From an uncultured Methanospirillum sp. (GTDB taxonomy: Archaea; Halobacteriota; Methanomicrobia; Methanomicrobiales; Methanospirillaceae): a DNA stretch of 64,000 nt. Below the pieces are notes generated by a model that did not search any database, was not told the DNA's origin, and saw nothing but the letters and a program-made list of their open reading frames with translations. This document shows, in pieces, positions 42,750-51,739 of this stretch. The position numbers and the translations under genes were made by a program. The first letter of the stretch is position 1, and each line of letters starts with the position of its first letter. The DNA lies in assembly GCA_964637135.1 (NCBI GenBank), contig CAZWTX010000002.1:62001-126000 (forward strand), given 5' to 3'.

Positions 42750-43572
42750 GCACCCTCTCCCGGTAATCATGCCCCATTGCCGGAACGATGATGTTTCTTC
42801 TCCGGTACGGGACGAGATCCACGTGGATCCCGTATGCTTCGTGGATCCTCTCGGGGGTCATTACCTCATCAGGTTGCCCTACTGAGATGATATTGCCGTT
42901 ATTACGGGTATCATCTCCCCGTTTTCGCATCAGGACTATCTGGTCTGAATAAAGGTAGGCATGATTGGGATCATGCAGGGTCATGATCACCGTGATCCGT
43001 TCAGTGGTAGCAAACCCTGCTATCGTCTCGAGAACCTGGACCTGGTTTTTCAGATCAAGAGAGGAGGTTGGTTCATCAAGAAGCAGGACCGAGGGATCCT
43101 GGCAGAGAGCCCGGGCGATCATGACCATCTGTCTCTCGCCGCCTGATAACCGAGTCCAGATGTTATCCGCGAGATCTCCGATTCCAAGCCGGTGGAGACA
43201 TTCACGGGCAATTGCCATGTCATCTGCTTTTGGCTGCTCCCACGGCTGAAGATAGGGCATTCTTCCGCAGAGAACCATATCAAGTACAGAAAATGGAAAA
43301 GAGCCTGGCGAGGACTGGGGGACATATCCGAGCACACGGGCGATATCAGCAGGGGATGAGTCAGGAACCGATATCCCCGCACAGGCAATAGTCCCTTCAC
43401 GGGGTTTCAGATGGCCGGAGATCAACCTGAGCAGGGTGGTTTTTCCGCATCCGTTCGGACCGGCAAGGGTGGTAACCGTTCCGGGAGTGGCATGGAGTGT
43501 GATCTTCTCCAGGATGGAAGCCTCGGGGTACCGGAACGAGACATCGGAGACATCAATACGGCTGTTAGGCAT
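42739..43572 (-). CDS. Iron-chelate ABC ATPase (FecE-like)
   Basis: Own ATG at 43572 (MPNSRIDV) overlapping the permease stop (TGATG); GPNGCGKTT, LSGGERQ, LDEPTSSLD, LHDPNHA. Confidence 0.9.
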   Translation of the reverse strand: MPNSRIDVSDVSFRYPEASILEKITLHATPGTVTTLAGPNGCGKTTLLRLISGHLKPREGTIACAGISVPDSSPADIARVLGYVPQSSPGSFPFSVLDMVLCGRMPYLQPWEQPKADDMAIARECLHRLGIGDLADNIWTRLSGGERQMVMIARALCQDPSVLLLDEPTSSLDLKNQVQVLETIAGFATTERITVIMTLHDPNHAYLYSDQIVLMRKRGDDTRNNGNIISVGQPDEVMTPERIHEAYGIHVDLVPYRRRNIIVPAMGHDYRERVHGS

Positions 43573-44649
43573 CAGTTCCACCCCCCTGACCGGGAACGGC
43601 GGAGCAGGTATAGGAAAAAGGGCGCTCCGATGAGGGTAGTGATGATTCNNNNNNNNNNTGATTCCGATCGGGATCTCGTATGTGAACAGGGATCGTGCCA
43701 GGTCATCGATCATAACGAGAAACGCTGCACCAAGGGTGATACTTGCCGGAATAAGGTACCGGTGATCCGGTCCGATGATCATCCTGACGATATGCGGAAC
43801 GATAAGCCCGACAAGGCCGATAACCCCGGCCATGGAAACGGCAGCTGAGGTTGCCAGCGTTCCTGATACGATGAAGAGGAGTTTATACCGCTCAGGGTGA
43901 AGACCGACTGCCCGTGCTTCCTCTTCGCTCATGGAAAGGGCATTCAGCCGCCATCGGAAGAGGTAGATTACGATGATACCTGCAATGACCGGCAGGGTGA
44001 CAAGGTGGACTTTCGACCAGCACGCCGTGTTCAGGCTTCCCATCATCCAGAATATGAGACTTTGCAGGGCTTTTGAATCGATTGCAAACTGGATAAGGGC
44101 TAGAAGAGAAGAGAATATCGCCGACGTCATTACCCCGGCGAGGACAAGGCTGACAACACAGGTCTCCCCGTTTGTCCGGGCCATGCTCCATGCAAACAGG
44201 AGTGCCAGGAGACTGAAGCTAAAGGCAACCGGTGCGGTCGGAAGGGAGGGGAAGACACAGATCGAGAGGGCAGCACCGAACGCTGCTCCCGAGGCAAGCC
44301 CGAGGATATCAGGACTAACGAGGGGATTTCTAAAAACTCCCTGGAATGCTGCCCCCGATACAGATAAGGCAGCACCGACAAGCATGGCCATGATGATCCG
44401 GGGAAGACGCATGTCGAAAAGAACAGACGAATAGATCGACGGATAACCGGTAGGAGAGCCACTCATGGAATAGAGTAGGATATCAATAATGGCATCCGGG
44501 GAGAGCCGGCTGTAGGTTCCCATGAAGAGGGAGATGATAAAAGCCGGAACCGGGAGAAGGAGAAGGATCACATAAAAGAGTCGCTGCCGGGGGATAGAAC
44601 GAATCCGTGTTAAAAAAGAAGTGTTGTTTGCTGGTTCAGTCATGTTCAT
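43572..44649 (-). CDS. Iron-chelate ABC permease (FecCD family); spans a 10-N assembly gap
   Basis: MRLPRI, FQGVFRNPLVSPDILG, GLIVPHI. Merging the overlapping gap ends gives IPIGIITTLIGAPFFLYLLRRSRSGGWN* ending at 43572. Confidence 0.88.
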
Positions 44650-45689
44650 GCCGGAGCATATCCGGGATAATGCACGTGGTAGATATCTGAAAAGAATGAA
44701 TCAACCGTTGCATTGAGATCTACATCCTGGTACATGTCAGGATACAGGTTCTTTGCCATTTCTGTCAGTGCCAGCGGAAGACGCGGCGAGTGGAAATCAT
44801 AGACAAAGGGATCGGTCACCTCGTACACCCGCTTGTTCTTTACGGCTTTGAGATCCTTCCAGGCTGCAAAATCCCCCTCTCCGCTCATCACATCAGCAGG
44901 ATCGATCTTCTCGTTATACCACATGTAGATGACATCGGGATCGAGTTCTGATATCGTCTCGATATTCAGGACCGGGTGTTCTATCCACTTGTCGCTGATT
45001 TCAGTGTCTTTCAGGACATTCACCCCGCCTGACATCGTGATCAGATCGTTGGCCGTGCTCTGGAGACCGGCAGTTCCGTAGACATCTCCCCACATCCACA
45101 GGACACGTGGCCGGCTTTCCGGGCTCACCGTTGCCGTCTTCTGATCGACCCGGTCAATGTACTGGTTCATGGTATCAACCACGTCCCTGCCGGCCTGTTC
45201 ATTCCCGAGCATGGTTGCAAAGGTAAGCGGTTGTTTCTTCATATCTTCGAGGCTGTCAATGAATACCCCGTACACGGGAACACCGAGTGTCTCCTCTATC
45301 GCCTTGGTGTTGTCATCGCTCCAGTCAGCTGACCAGAGGAAAACAACCTGGGGATCAGCTTCCGAAAGGGACTCAAGATCCACCTGGCCGTTCTCGGATG
45401 AGACGACCTTCATCGTGTCATAGGCCGGATCGATTGCCCGGAAGAACGGTGCTTTTTCTTCCTCCTTCCAGACGGTTCCCCGCCCAACGATCTTCCCGGC
45501 ACCACCGACGGCATACATCGTGTTCATGGCATTTTCCACGAGAAATACGGAACGTTCCAGGGGTGAGGGAACCTCGATTGCCTTCCCCCGGTCGTCTATT
45601 ACGGTAATGGTCTCAGCCGATACGGCACATCCTGCCAGGCAGAACCCGATAATGAGAATGAAAATCGGCACCCTGTTGAATACACACAT
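44646..45689 (-). CDS. Class III substrate-binding protein
   Basis: Signal peptide; TVIDDRGKAIEVP, AVKNKRVY, MAKNLYPD. Confidence 0.9.
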   Translation of the reverse strand: MCVFNRVPIFILIIGFCLAGCAVSAETITVIDDRGKAIEVPSPLERSVFLVENAMNTMYAVGGAGKIVGRGTVWKEEEKAPFFRAIDPAYDTMKVVSSENGQVDLESLSEADPQVVFLWSADWSDDNTKAIEETLGVPVYGVFIDSLEDMKKQPLTFATMLGNEQAGRDVVDTMNQYIDRVDQKTATVSPESRPRVLWMWGDVYGTAGLQSTANDLITMSGGVNVLKDTEISDKWIEHPVLNIETISELDPDVIYMWYNEKIDPADVMSGEGDFAAWKDLKAVKNKRVYEVTDPFVYDFHSPRLPLALTEMAKNLYPDMYQDVDLNATVDSFFSDIYHVHYPGYAPA

Positions 45690-45877
45690 GGATATTCGTG
45701 TTACGTGATAGTATAAAACAAATTTTATTCCTAAAAATTGAGCAAAAAATAAGAAATTTATCCTTTGGTTATTAAAATCGGATAAAATGTGTGATTGATC
45801 GTTCTGTATTCAGGATGTAAGAGGATCGAAAATCTCCCGAAAAGACAAAAAATCGCGATCCAGAGAAAGCCCTGGAC

Positions 45878-47395
45878 CTATACCAACGAAATCGCCGATT
45901 CAACTCCGGATGAAATCTTCTTCACGATTCCCGGGATCGTGGAGGTGATAATCGCCGTATCTGAAGCCTTCCCTGCCTTCCGATCGTCGGAATCCCCGGG
46001 AATGAGATCTGCCTTCAGGACCGGCCGCAGGTTCTCGACCGTCATCTTCTCCACCCAGGGATCGGCATCGGTGATGATGATCTCATCCACGAACCGGTCG
46101 AGTTCCTGTGCCAGTGCCCAGGAGACAAACCGTCCGCCAAGAAGAGCAACACTATCACCGATACCTCCGCCGGCAGCCATCGACCCGATATCAGAAACCG
46201 TATATCGCACCATCGTCCGTTCAAACAAAGGTGTCGAGCAGAGGCAGACCCAGTGGGCATCTCCAAGGGTCGTTCCCCCGGTTTTTTTCGGATAGACCCT
46301 GTCCGGCCCGACTACCTTCACGGCACATGCCAATGCCTCAAGTTCTCCTTTCTGGATTGGAGCCCGGGTCCATCGCCCGTAAATTTCCTCCCTGATGATC
46401 TGAAGAATGCGGGGCAGTCCGAAATTTCCCCTCCTGGCCGTTCCGGGTGCATATCCACACATGTACCCATGGTGATTCCTCGGAAATCCGGTGATGATCG
46501 CGTTCAGGCCAGCCTGAAGACCTATCCGGCATTCATCCTCGTATGCCCCGTTGGTGGCGACCACTTTTCCAGGAGCAAGGATTCGGCCAATTGCCACCGC
46601 CCGGGCGAATGCATCTAGACGGTCCGGGGCTGAATTAAACGGTCCCCCTTCGATCACGAATACATCCGCACCCATCTCAAGACCTGCAGAGAACCCGGCA
46701 ATAAGATCTTCATACCCGTCACCGACGAACAAAATCGCTTCGACACCTTTTCCATGTTTCCTCGCAAGATCAGCAACCTCGCGGGCTTCATCCAGCGGGG
46801 CGGCGTGGCCCTCGGCTCCCTGGACACAGGTGAGATTCACGGCCACCGAGGAGGAGATCTTTATCCATTCCTCGCGGTCGGCAAGTCCGTCCCTCTCCTT
46901 GTCCATCAGGCGGGAATGGATCCGATCACGGGGACACCCGTCAAACGGTGGACCTTCGTTATAACACTGGCCAGGACACCCGATGATCTCCTTCGGGAGA
47001 CGCATCGGGCCATTTCTTCCGAAATGATCAAGATCGAGAGGAACTTCCGTGATCTCCCTGACCTTCCGCATGAGGTCAATCCCCCGCATTCCATGGGCCT
47101 CGGCGATATCGGCAAAGGCATACGCACATACGTGAATAGATGCCCCGATCGCGTCAGAGAGAAGACAATTCCCGAGGATATCCACCATATCAAGATCAGA
47201 TGCACAGGTTCCTGAGAAGATTTCCGTGAGATCGCATCCCATCGGGAACCGTTTGAACATCCTTCCAAGGCCGATTACCTGTGCCCGGTTCAGTTCTGAT
47301 ACCGCATCGATGATCTCCAGGGGATCTTTTTTTCTCCGGGTTATCTCCCATGCTGCATCCGGATCATGAATTGCTCTGTTTATTAAACCCTGCAT
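45878..47395 (-). CDS. hcgG: FeGP cofactor biosynthesis protein HcgG
   Basis: FPMGCDLTE, IHVCAYA, LDLDHFG, CPGQCY..GPPFDGCPRDRIHSRL, TGFPRNHHGYMCGY; located in the hcg/hmd cluster. Confidence 0.92.
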   Translation of the reverse strand: MQGLINRAIHDPDAAWEITRRKKDPLEIIDAVSELNRAQVIGLGRMFKRFPMGCDLTEIFSGTCASDLDMVDILGNCLLSDAIGASIHVCAYAFADIAEAHGMRGIDLMRKVREITEVPLDLDHFGRNGPMRLPKEIIGCPGQCYNEGPPFDGCPRDRIHSRLMDKERDGLADREEWIKISSSVAVNLTCVQGAEGHAAPLDEAREVADLARKHGKGVEAILFVGDGYEDLIAGFSAGLEMGADVFVIEGGPFNSAPDRLDAFARAVAIGRILAPGKVVATNGAYEDECRIGLQAGLNAIITGFPRNHHGYMCGYAPGTARRGNFGLPRILQIIREEIYGRWTRAPIQKGELEALACAVKVVGPDRVYPKKTGGTTLGDAHWVCLCSTPLFERTMVRYTVSDIGSMAAGGGIGDSVALLGGRFVSWALAQELDRFVDEIIITDADPWVEKMTVENLRPVLKADLIPGDSDDRKAGKASDTAIITSTIPGIVKKISSGVESAISLV

Positions 47396-47439
47396 GATGG
47401 CTTCACCTCGGATATTCACCTACAGAAGGAAGAAGTACC

Positions 47440-47481
47440 GTATTACGTATTTGAAATAGGTATTATTTCATAATACGTAAT
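47440..47481. promoter_or_regulatory. 17-bp inverted repeat with one bulge, overlapping a GTATTAC-N13-GTATTAT box upstream of hcgG
   Basis: ATTACGTATTTGAAATA-ggtat-TATTTCA(T)AATACGTAAT at 47442-47481, read directly. Confidence 0.65.
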
Positions 47482-47503
47482 TGAACCTACAATATGTATC
47501 TTC

Positions 47504-48079
47504 CTATACAACAGAATCCGGACCGGATGGATAAACCGCCAGATCATCCGGAGGAATAATTATCTCACTCCCCCGGGGAGCGGGGTCATATACACCCGTT
47601 ATCAATTCTTCAAAGAGAAACAGGGCTTTATATAATCCTGCACGTTTCCGATCCAGGATCTTACGGGGAGAAGCGGAACGAAGATCTGCATAGACACCCG
47701 AGGATGTGACGAGGGTGAGAACCTCACCGGATATCGCAATACCCCCCCCTCCTATCCCGGCCGTTGTCCCGATGCCGATATCAGCGTTTGCCATTCGACG
47801 AACCGCATCTGCCATCAGGATCGCCATCTGGCGGTCACCCTCCTGGTCATATACCTTGATTCCGGAGAGGATTTCCACGGGTCGGGGGGGATCGAAGGAG
47901 AGAATGGCTCTGATCCCTGAAAGGGTGGGAATGAACAGCGCTGCATCAACGATCAGGGGATATCCTTCCTGATGAATCCGGAAGGGATATTCATGCGGAT
48001 ATCCCCGGGAAAAGGCATGCAGTTCATACCCGACCATCCCGTGGGTGAAACATTCGGCAGTGGCTACCCGGATTGTCAT
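47504..48079 (-). CDS. hcgF: FeGP cofactor biosynthesis protein HcgF (UPF0254)
   Basis: VATAECFTHG, FIPTLSG, IKVYDQEGD, ADIGIGTTAGIGGG. Confidence 0.92.
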   Translation of the reverse strand: MTIRVATAECFTHGMVGYELHAFSRGYPHEYPFRIHQEGYPLIVDAALFIPTLSGIRAILSFDPPRPVEILSGIKVYDQEGDRQMAILMADAVRRMANADIGIGTTAGIGGGGIAISGEVLTLVTSSGVYADLRSASPRKILDRKRAGLYKALFLFEELITGVYDPAPRGSEIIIPPDDLAVYPSGPDSVV

Positions 48080-48729
48080 TTTCTATTCGCAAGGAGTCGG
48101 AGTGCTTCTGCAGCGATCTTCCGGGAGACCTGTTCTATGATTGCAGGGGTCACCGGTTCCCAGTCACGGATCAGTTTTCCGGTTCCGACCAGGAGATGGT
48201 CGCGGATTCCATGATCACGAAGGGCACTCACGATCGGGTTTTCCGGGTCAGCCTCCCCGATCCCGACGGCAGTGACCGGTTCGTCTCCTACCCCGAACAC
48301 ACCCATGGTACTGATGGTCTTCGCTCCGGACGCCTGTGCATACCTGATGATCCCCGCTGTTACTGGGAGGGTATCCCCCCCGGCTATCATGATGCAGACA
48401 ACATCGCCGGTTATGAGATCAAGATTGAATGGAGAGATATTGATAGGGATACCGATAATCTCCCGGGAGAAACCTGGTCCGGAGAGGTTCTCAAAAAATT
48501 TCACCTTGAAATCTCCGACTGAACCACCCATCATCCGGAAGACATGATCATCAGCCGAGATCTTCTGCCCGTCTATAGCGGTTATTCTCTTCGGGCCACC
48601 CCGGTGAACCTGCATCAATTGCAGAGCAGTCCGAAAACCAAGTCGGCCGAGTCCGACCAGAGTTATCTCCCCATGGGGAATCTTCATCTTCTCGAGATCT
48701 ACAACAGATATATCATCCATTTCTTCCAT
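48076..48729 (-). CDS. hcgE: FeGP cofactor biosynthesis protein HcgE (ThiF/E1-like adenylyltransferase)
   Basis: PHGEITLVGLGRLG, HRGGP, DGQKISADD, IAGGDT, ISTMGVFG. Start taken at MEEMDD (48729). Confidence 0.92.
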   Translation of the reverse strand: MEEMDDISVVDLEKMKIPHGEITLVGLGRLGFRTALQLMQVHRGGPKRITAIDGQKISADDHVFRMMGGSVGDFKVKFFENLSGPGFSREIIGIPINISPFNLDLITGDVVCIMIAGGDTLPVTAGIIRYAQASGAKTISTMGVFGVGDEPVTAVGIGEADPENPIVSALRDHGIRDHLLVGTGKLIRDWEPVTPAIIEQVSRKIAAEALRLLANRK

Positions 48730-48988
48730 TGCTTCACACTCTTTTATCGCAGCCGTAATAGAATGAATTTGTATTACATTAATTAACATAGGTATTAACA
48801 TTCGTGGATGTGGCGAATGCATTTTTCAGAATATTTTTTATTAAAAATTGTAAAACCATGGAAATTGAAGAAATCAGGATAGAGGGTCGGCCTCTCCAGG
48901 GTATTGAACTTATTGGGATATATTAGCAAAATTTCATACTTTAAAGTTAAGTTTAATTATTATCGCATCTCTTGTACGTCCAGAGATT

Positions 48989-49591
48989 ATGAAACCAGTT
49001 ATTGCAGCCCTACTGGGAAGTCCGCTCCAGGACGGCAACACAGCCCAGGTATTGCATCATGCGATTGCCGGTGCAACTGAATCCGGATGCGAGGTCAGGA
49101 GGATTGATATCTTCTCCCTTGAGATCATCCCGTGCCGGGAATTCAATCTCTGTAGGAATCATCCGGCCTGCATGATTGAGGACGATGTCAGTGCCCTGTA
49201 CCCTTTTTTCCAGGAGATAGACGGACTCATCATGGCCACCCCGGTTATGACGATGGGTGTTCCGGGGGCATTCAAATCGTTCATGGACCGGTTCCAGGTT
49301 TTTTATTGTGCCAAGTACGAGAGAAAAGAACGGATGGTTTCGAAAGAGAAGCGGATGCATCGCCGGACTCTTCTCATCTCACTGTCAGGAATGAACCTTC
49401 CGGATAATTTCATCGGGCTCAGGCAGACCGCCGACGCATTCTGCGATATCATCGATGCTCCAATCACAGGGGAACTATATATTCAGGATATGGACTCAAA
49501 ACGTGCCATCAGCCGCTTCCCGGATATTCTTGAAGAGGCACGCAGAAAGGGGAGAGAACTCGGTGAGGAAATTCTCACCAGGATCTCCTGA
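48989..49591 (+). CDS. Iron-sulfur flavoprotein (Isf)/NADPH-dependent FMN reductase family protein
   Basis: LLGSP..DGNT, PCREFNLCRNHPAC..EDD, IMATPV, FKSFMDR. Confidence 0.85.
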   Translation: MKPVIAALLGSPLQDGNTAQVLHHAIAGATESGCEVRRIDIFSLEIIPCREFNLCRNHPACMIEDDVSALYPFFQEIDGLIMATPVMTMGVPGAFKSFMDRFQVFYCAKYERKERMVSKEKRMHRRTLLISLSGMNLPDNFIGLRQTADAFCDIIDAPITGELYIQDMDSKRAISRFPDILEEARRKGRELGEEILTRIS

Positions 49592-49631
49592 ACAGGAAAG
49601 ATCGGAGAGCGTCTGTTGCTACAACCGGAAT

Positions 49632-50396
49632 TTACCTCGGAATGGAATGATTCATTCTTTGGGAAGGAAGAAGAGAGGAGGATTCATTCCAGGGAACACC
49701 GGGATCATATACCCGGACTGATATTCCAAGGGATTCAAGAAGATCTTTCAGTGTATACAGGCCCGGGAGTTCGGTTGCATGGTGGGTGGCATCGATAACC
49801 GGAAAGCGAAGCATTTTTGCAAGGATCGCACCCGGATGGGTCAGATCCCCGGAGAGAAGAAGATCTGCCTCCCGTGAACGGGCCAACCGGATGTACCCCG
49901 TATTGAGTCCGAATCCGGATACCAGGGCAATTTTTCGGAGAACACGGTCCCGTTCACCCATCACCGTCCGGCAACCTGAAATCCGAAGAACCCGCTGCAC
50001 TTCGGTAACAAACCTTCCCATGGTCACCGGTCCGGATGCAGGTTCGCACATCCTGCCAATACCGGAATCCTCGTCAAGGACACCAGAAGGGATAAGACTA
50101 AGCCGTTCTGCAAGGGCATCGCACGCACCTCCCGGAACGATGTCCCAATTCGAATGGATGACGAATGACGGGATTACCGGCGGTTCGAGAGGGGGATGAT
50201 GGAGTACGAGGAGATCATACGCATGATAATTGATCCCGGAGACCGGCGGCGGGAGGTAATCGAGGAGCATAAGAACGGAATTAACCTGTAGTACGGCAGG
50301 ATCCGCTTTTCCGAGGTACCCGACCAGATCATTCGGTACTGCCAGCCCGGGAGGAACCCGCTCGTCGATGAGACGAAAGAGCGAGGAAGCCTGCAT
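49632..50396 (-). CDS. hcgD: FeGP cofactor biosynthesis protein HcgD (Nif3-like dinuclear metal protein)
   Basis: LHHPP, IHSNWD, VSGFGL, SGDLTH, DATHHATE. Confidence 0.92.
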   Translation of the reverse strand: MQASSLFRLIDERVPPGLAVPNDLVGYLGKADPAVLQVNSVLMLLDYLPPPVSGINYHAYDLLVLHHPPLEPPVIPSFVIHSNWDIVPGGACDALAERLSLIPSGVLDEDSGIGRMCEPASGPVTMGRFVTEVQRVLRISGCRTVMGERDRVLRKIALVSGFGLNTGYIRLARSREADLLLSGDLTHPGAILAKMLRFPVIDATHHATELPGLYTLKDLLESLGISVRVYDPGVPWNESSSLLPSQRMNHSIPR

Positions 50397-50397
50397 C

Positions 50398-51189
50398 TTA
50401 TCCCTCTCCGGGATTCCGGACTACTGAGAGGAGAGAATCAAGGTTCCTTCCGATAACCTCATCCGGATCCACCGGACAGAGGGATGAGACAATGAGTGCG
50501 GGGCGATCGAGCAGGGTAAAAAACCGGGTGGGATCCCGCTCCTGGAAAAGAATCCGCTCGAAAAAATCCAGGGACGCAGAACAGTACAGAACCCCTTCCC
50601 GCCCGAGTACGTCGCTCATCGATCGCCTGATGATCTCAATAGTAAGCGTCATTGTTCCGGAGGTCTTTGCAATGAGGCCGGTAGAAAACAGTACACCCCT
50701 ATCTGGAGCATTGAATTTTTCAGCCAGCCTGATGCACTGGCTTTTGTTTCTGATACATGCATCACTTCCGTCCGAACAGGGATCCTCAACGATGAATGAA
50801 CGGGCAGAGAACCGTTCCAGAAATGCTGCAGATATTCCCCCAAGTCCGGTCGTCTCGACGATACAATCCCATGTGCCGGTTAGTTCCTCTGGGTGGGTGG
50901 TGAATCCCGCTCCGGAAGGAACAAGGGACTGTACCTGCGGATGAATGTCGTGGATGAGTACTTCAGATCCCGGCAGCAGGAACCGGGCTACCGCAGCACC
51001 GGTCAGGTAGGATCCGAAGATCAGTGTCCGGCGGGGAAATAGTCCCCGCGTATCCAGCCAGGCGGATACCGCCTCCCCTTTTTTCTGACCAACCAGGGTC
51101 AGGATATCATATATCGTGTACTGTGAGAAGGTGGTCTGAACCGTCCGGGTGATCCCCCATTCCTGCCGGAGACCGGAAGAAACTTCCAT
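50398..51189 (-). CDS. hcgC: FeGP cofactor biosynthesis methyltransferase HcgC
   Basis: WGITRTVQT, GSYLTG, DIHP, TTGLGG, VEDP, KTSGTMTLT. Confidence 0.92.
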   Translation of the reverse strand: MEVSSGLRQEWGITRTVQTTFSQYTIYDILTLVGQKKGEAVSAWLDTRGLFPRRTLIFGSYLTGAAVARFLLPGSEVLIHDIHPQVQSLVPSGAGFTTHPEELTGTWDCIVETTGLGGISAAFLERFSARSFIVEDPCSDGSDACIRNKSQCIRLAEKFNAPDRGVLFSTGLIAKTSGTMTLTIEIIRRSMSDVLGREGVLYCSASLDFFERILFQERDPTRFFTLLDRPALIVSSLCPVDPDEVIGRNLDSLLSVVRNPGEG

Positions 51190-51671
51190 TACCGGATCCC
51201 TCCGGTAAACCCGACTCTCACCAGGGCCTCCCGCATTTCGTCACGGACGGCATCAGAAACCTCCTTCCCATGAAGACAGTTTGCCGGGGAAAGCGCAGCG
51301 GAGAGGATCCTCCCTTTTGCATCAAGAATGACGAGCATCGATCCCGAACCGGGAACACCGAGCCGTCCCCGGGCAATGACAAGATCAGAAGGAGAGAGAT
51401 CAAGAGCCATACAGGCCTTTGTCACCGCAGGCATACGGCTGAGATCGGCACAGGCGGTGGGGAGCAGCAGATGTGTTGCAGCAGGCAGGCCGAACTCGGC
51501 CAGTACCTCGTTGATGGCCAGCACTTTCCGATCGTTCCAGTTCGGAACGACAATTCGTTTTGTATTACGGATATACGCCCGTATCTCTGCAAGTTCTGCA
51601 GGCGTATCCCCTTTGCGGGTTCCTTCGACTGATTGATGATATGCTTGATAGATGGATTCTTCCAGGGTAAT
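51189..51671 (-). CDS. hcgB: FeGP cofactor guanylyltransferase HcgB (about 160 aa, apparent ATT start)
   Basis: The ORF-track 111-aa ORF extends in frame upstream: (I)TLEESIYQAYHQSVEGTRKGDTPAEL...KVLAINEVL...ADLSRMPAVTKA..DLVIARGRLGVPGSGS...SAALSP. Confidence 0.88.
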   Translation of the reverse strand: MTLEESIYQAYHQSVEGTRKGDTPAELAEIRAYIRNTKRIVVPNWNDRKVLAINEVLAEFGLPAATHLLLPTACADLSRMPAVTKACMALDLSPSDLVIARGRLGVPGSGSMLVILDAKGRILSAALSPANCLHGKEVSDAVRDEMREALVRVGFTGGIR

Positions 51672-51695
51672 GGTATCACCTCACGGGCGGTCTGC

Positions 51696-51720
51696 CCTTC
51701 TGATCCCGGTGATCAGAAGG
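51696..51720. other. Perfect 10-bp hairpin between hcgA and hcgB
   Basis: CCTTCTGATC-ccggt-GATCAGAAGG. Confidence 0.7.
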
Positions 51721-51739
51721 ATAACCTGCCTGGTATCGG

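Noticed and set aside
42739..44649. Apparent 636-aa permease-ATPase fusion
   Set aside because: Artefact of the N gap at 43649-43658. The flanks overlap (GAATCA on the minus strand); merging them restores a normal permease end and a separate TGATG-coupled ATPase.
51422..51679. 85-aa ORF suggesting a frameshifted hcgB
   Set aside because: The HcgB N-terminus is in the same frame as the 111-aa ORF, so no frameshift is needed. This ORF is an off-frame shadow.
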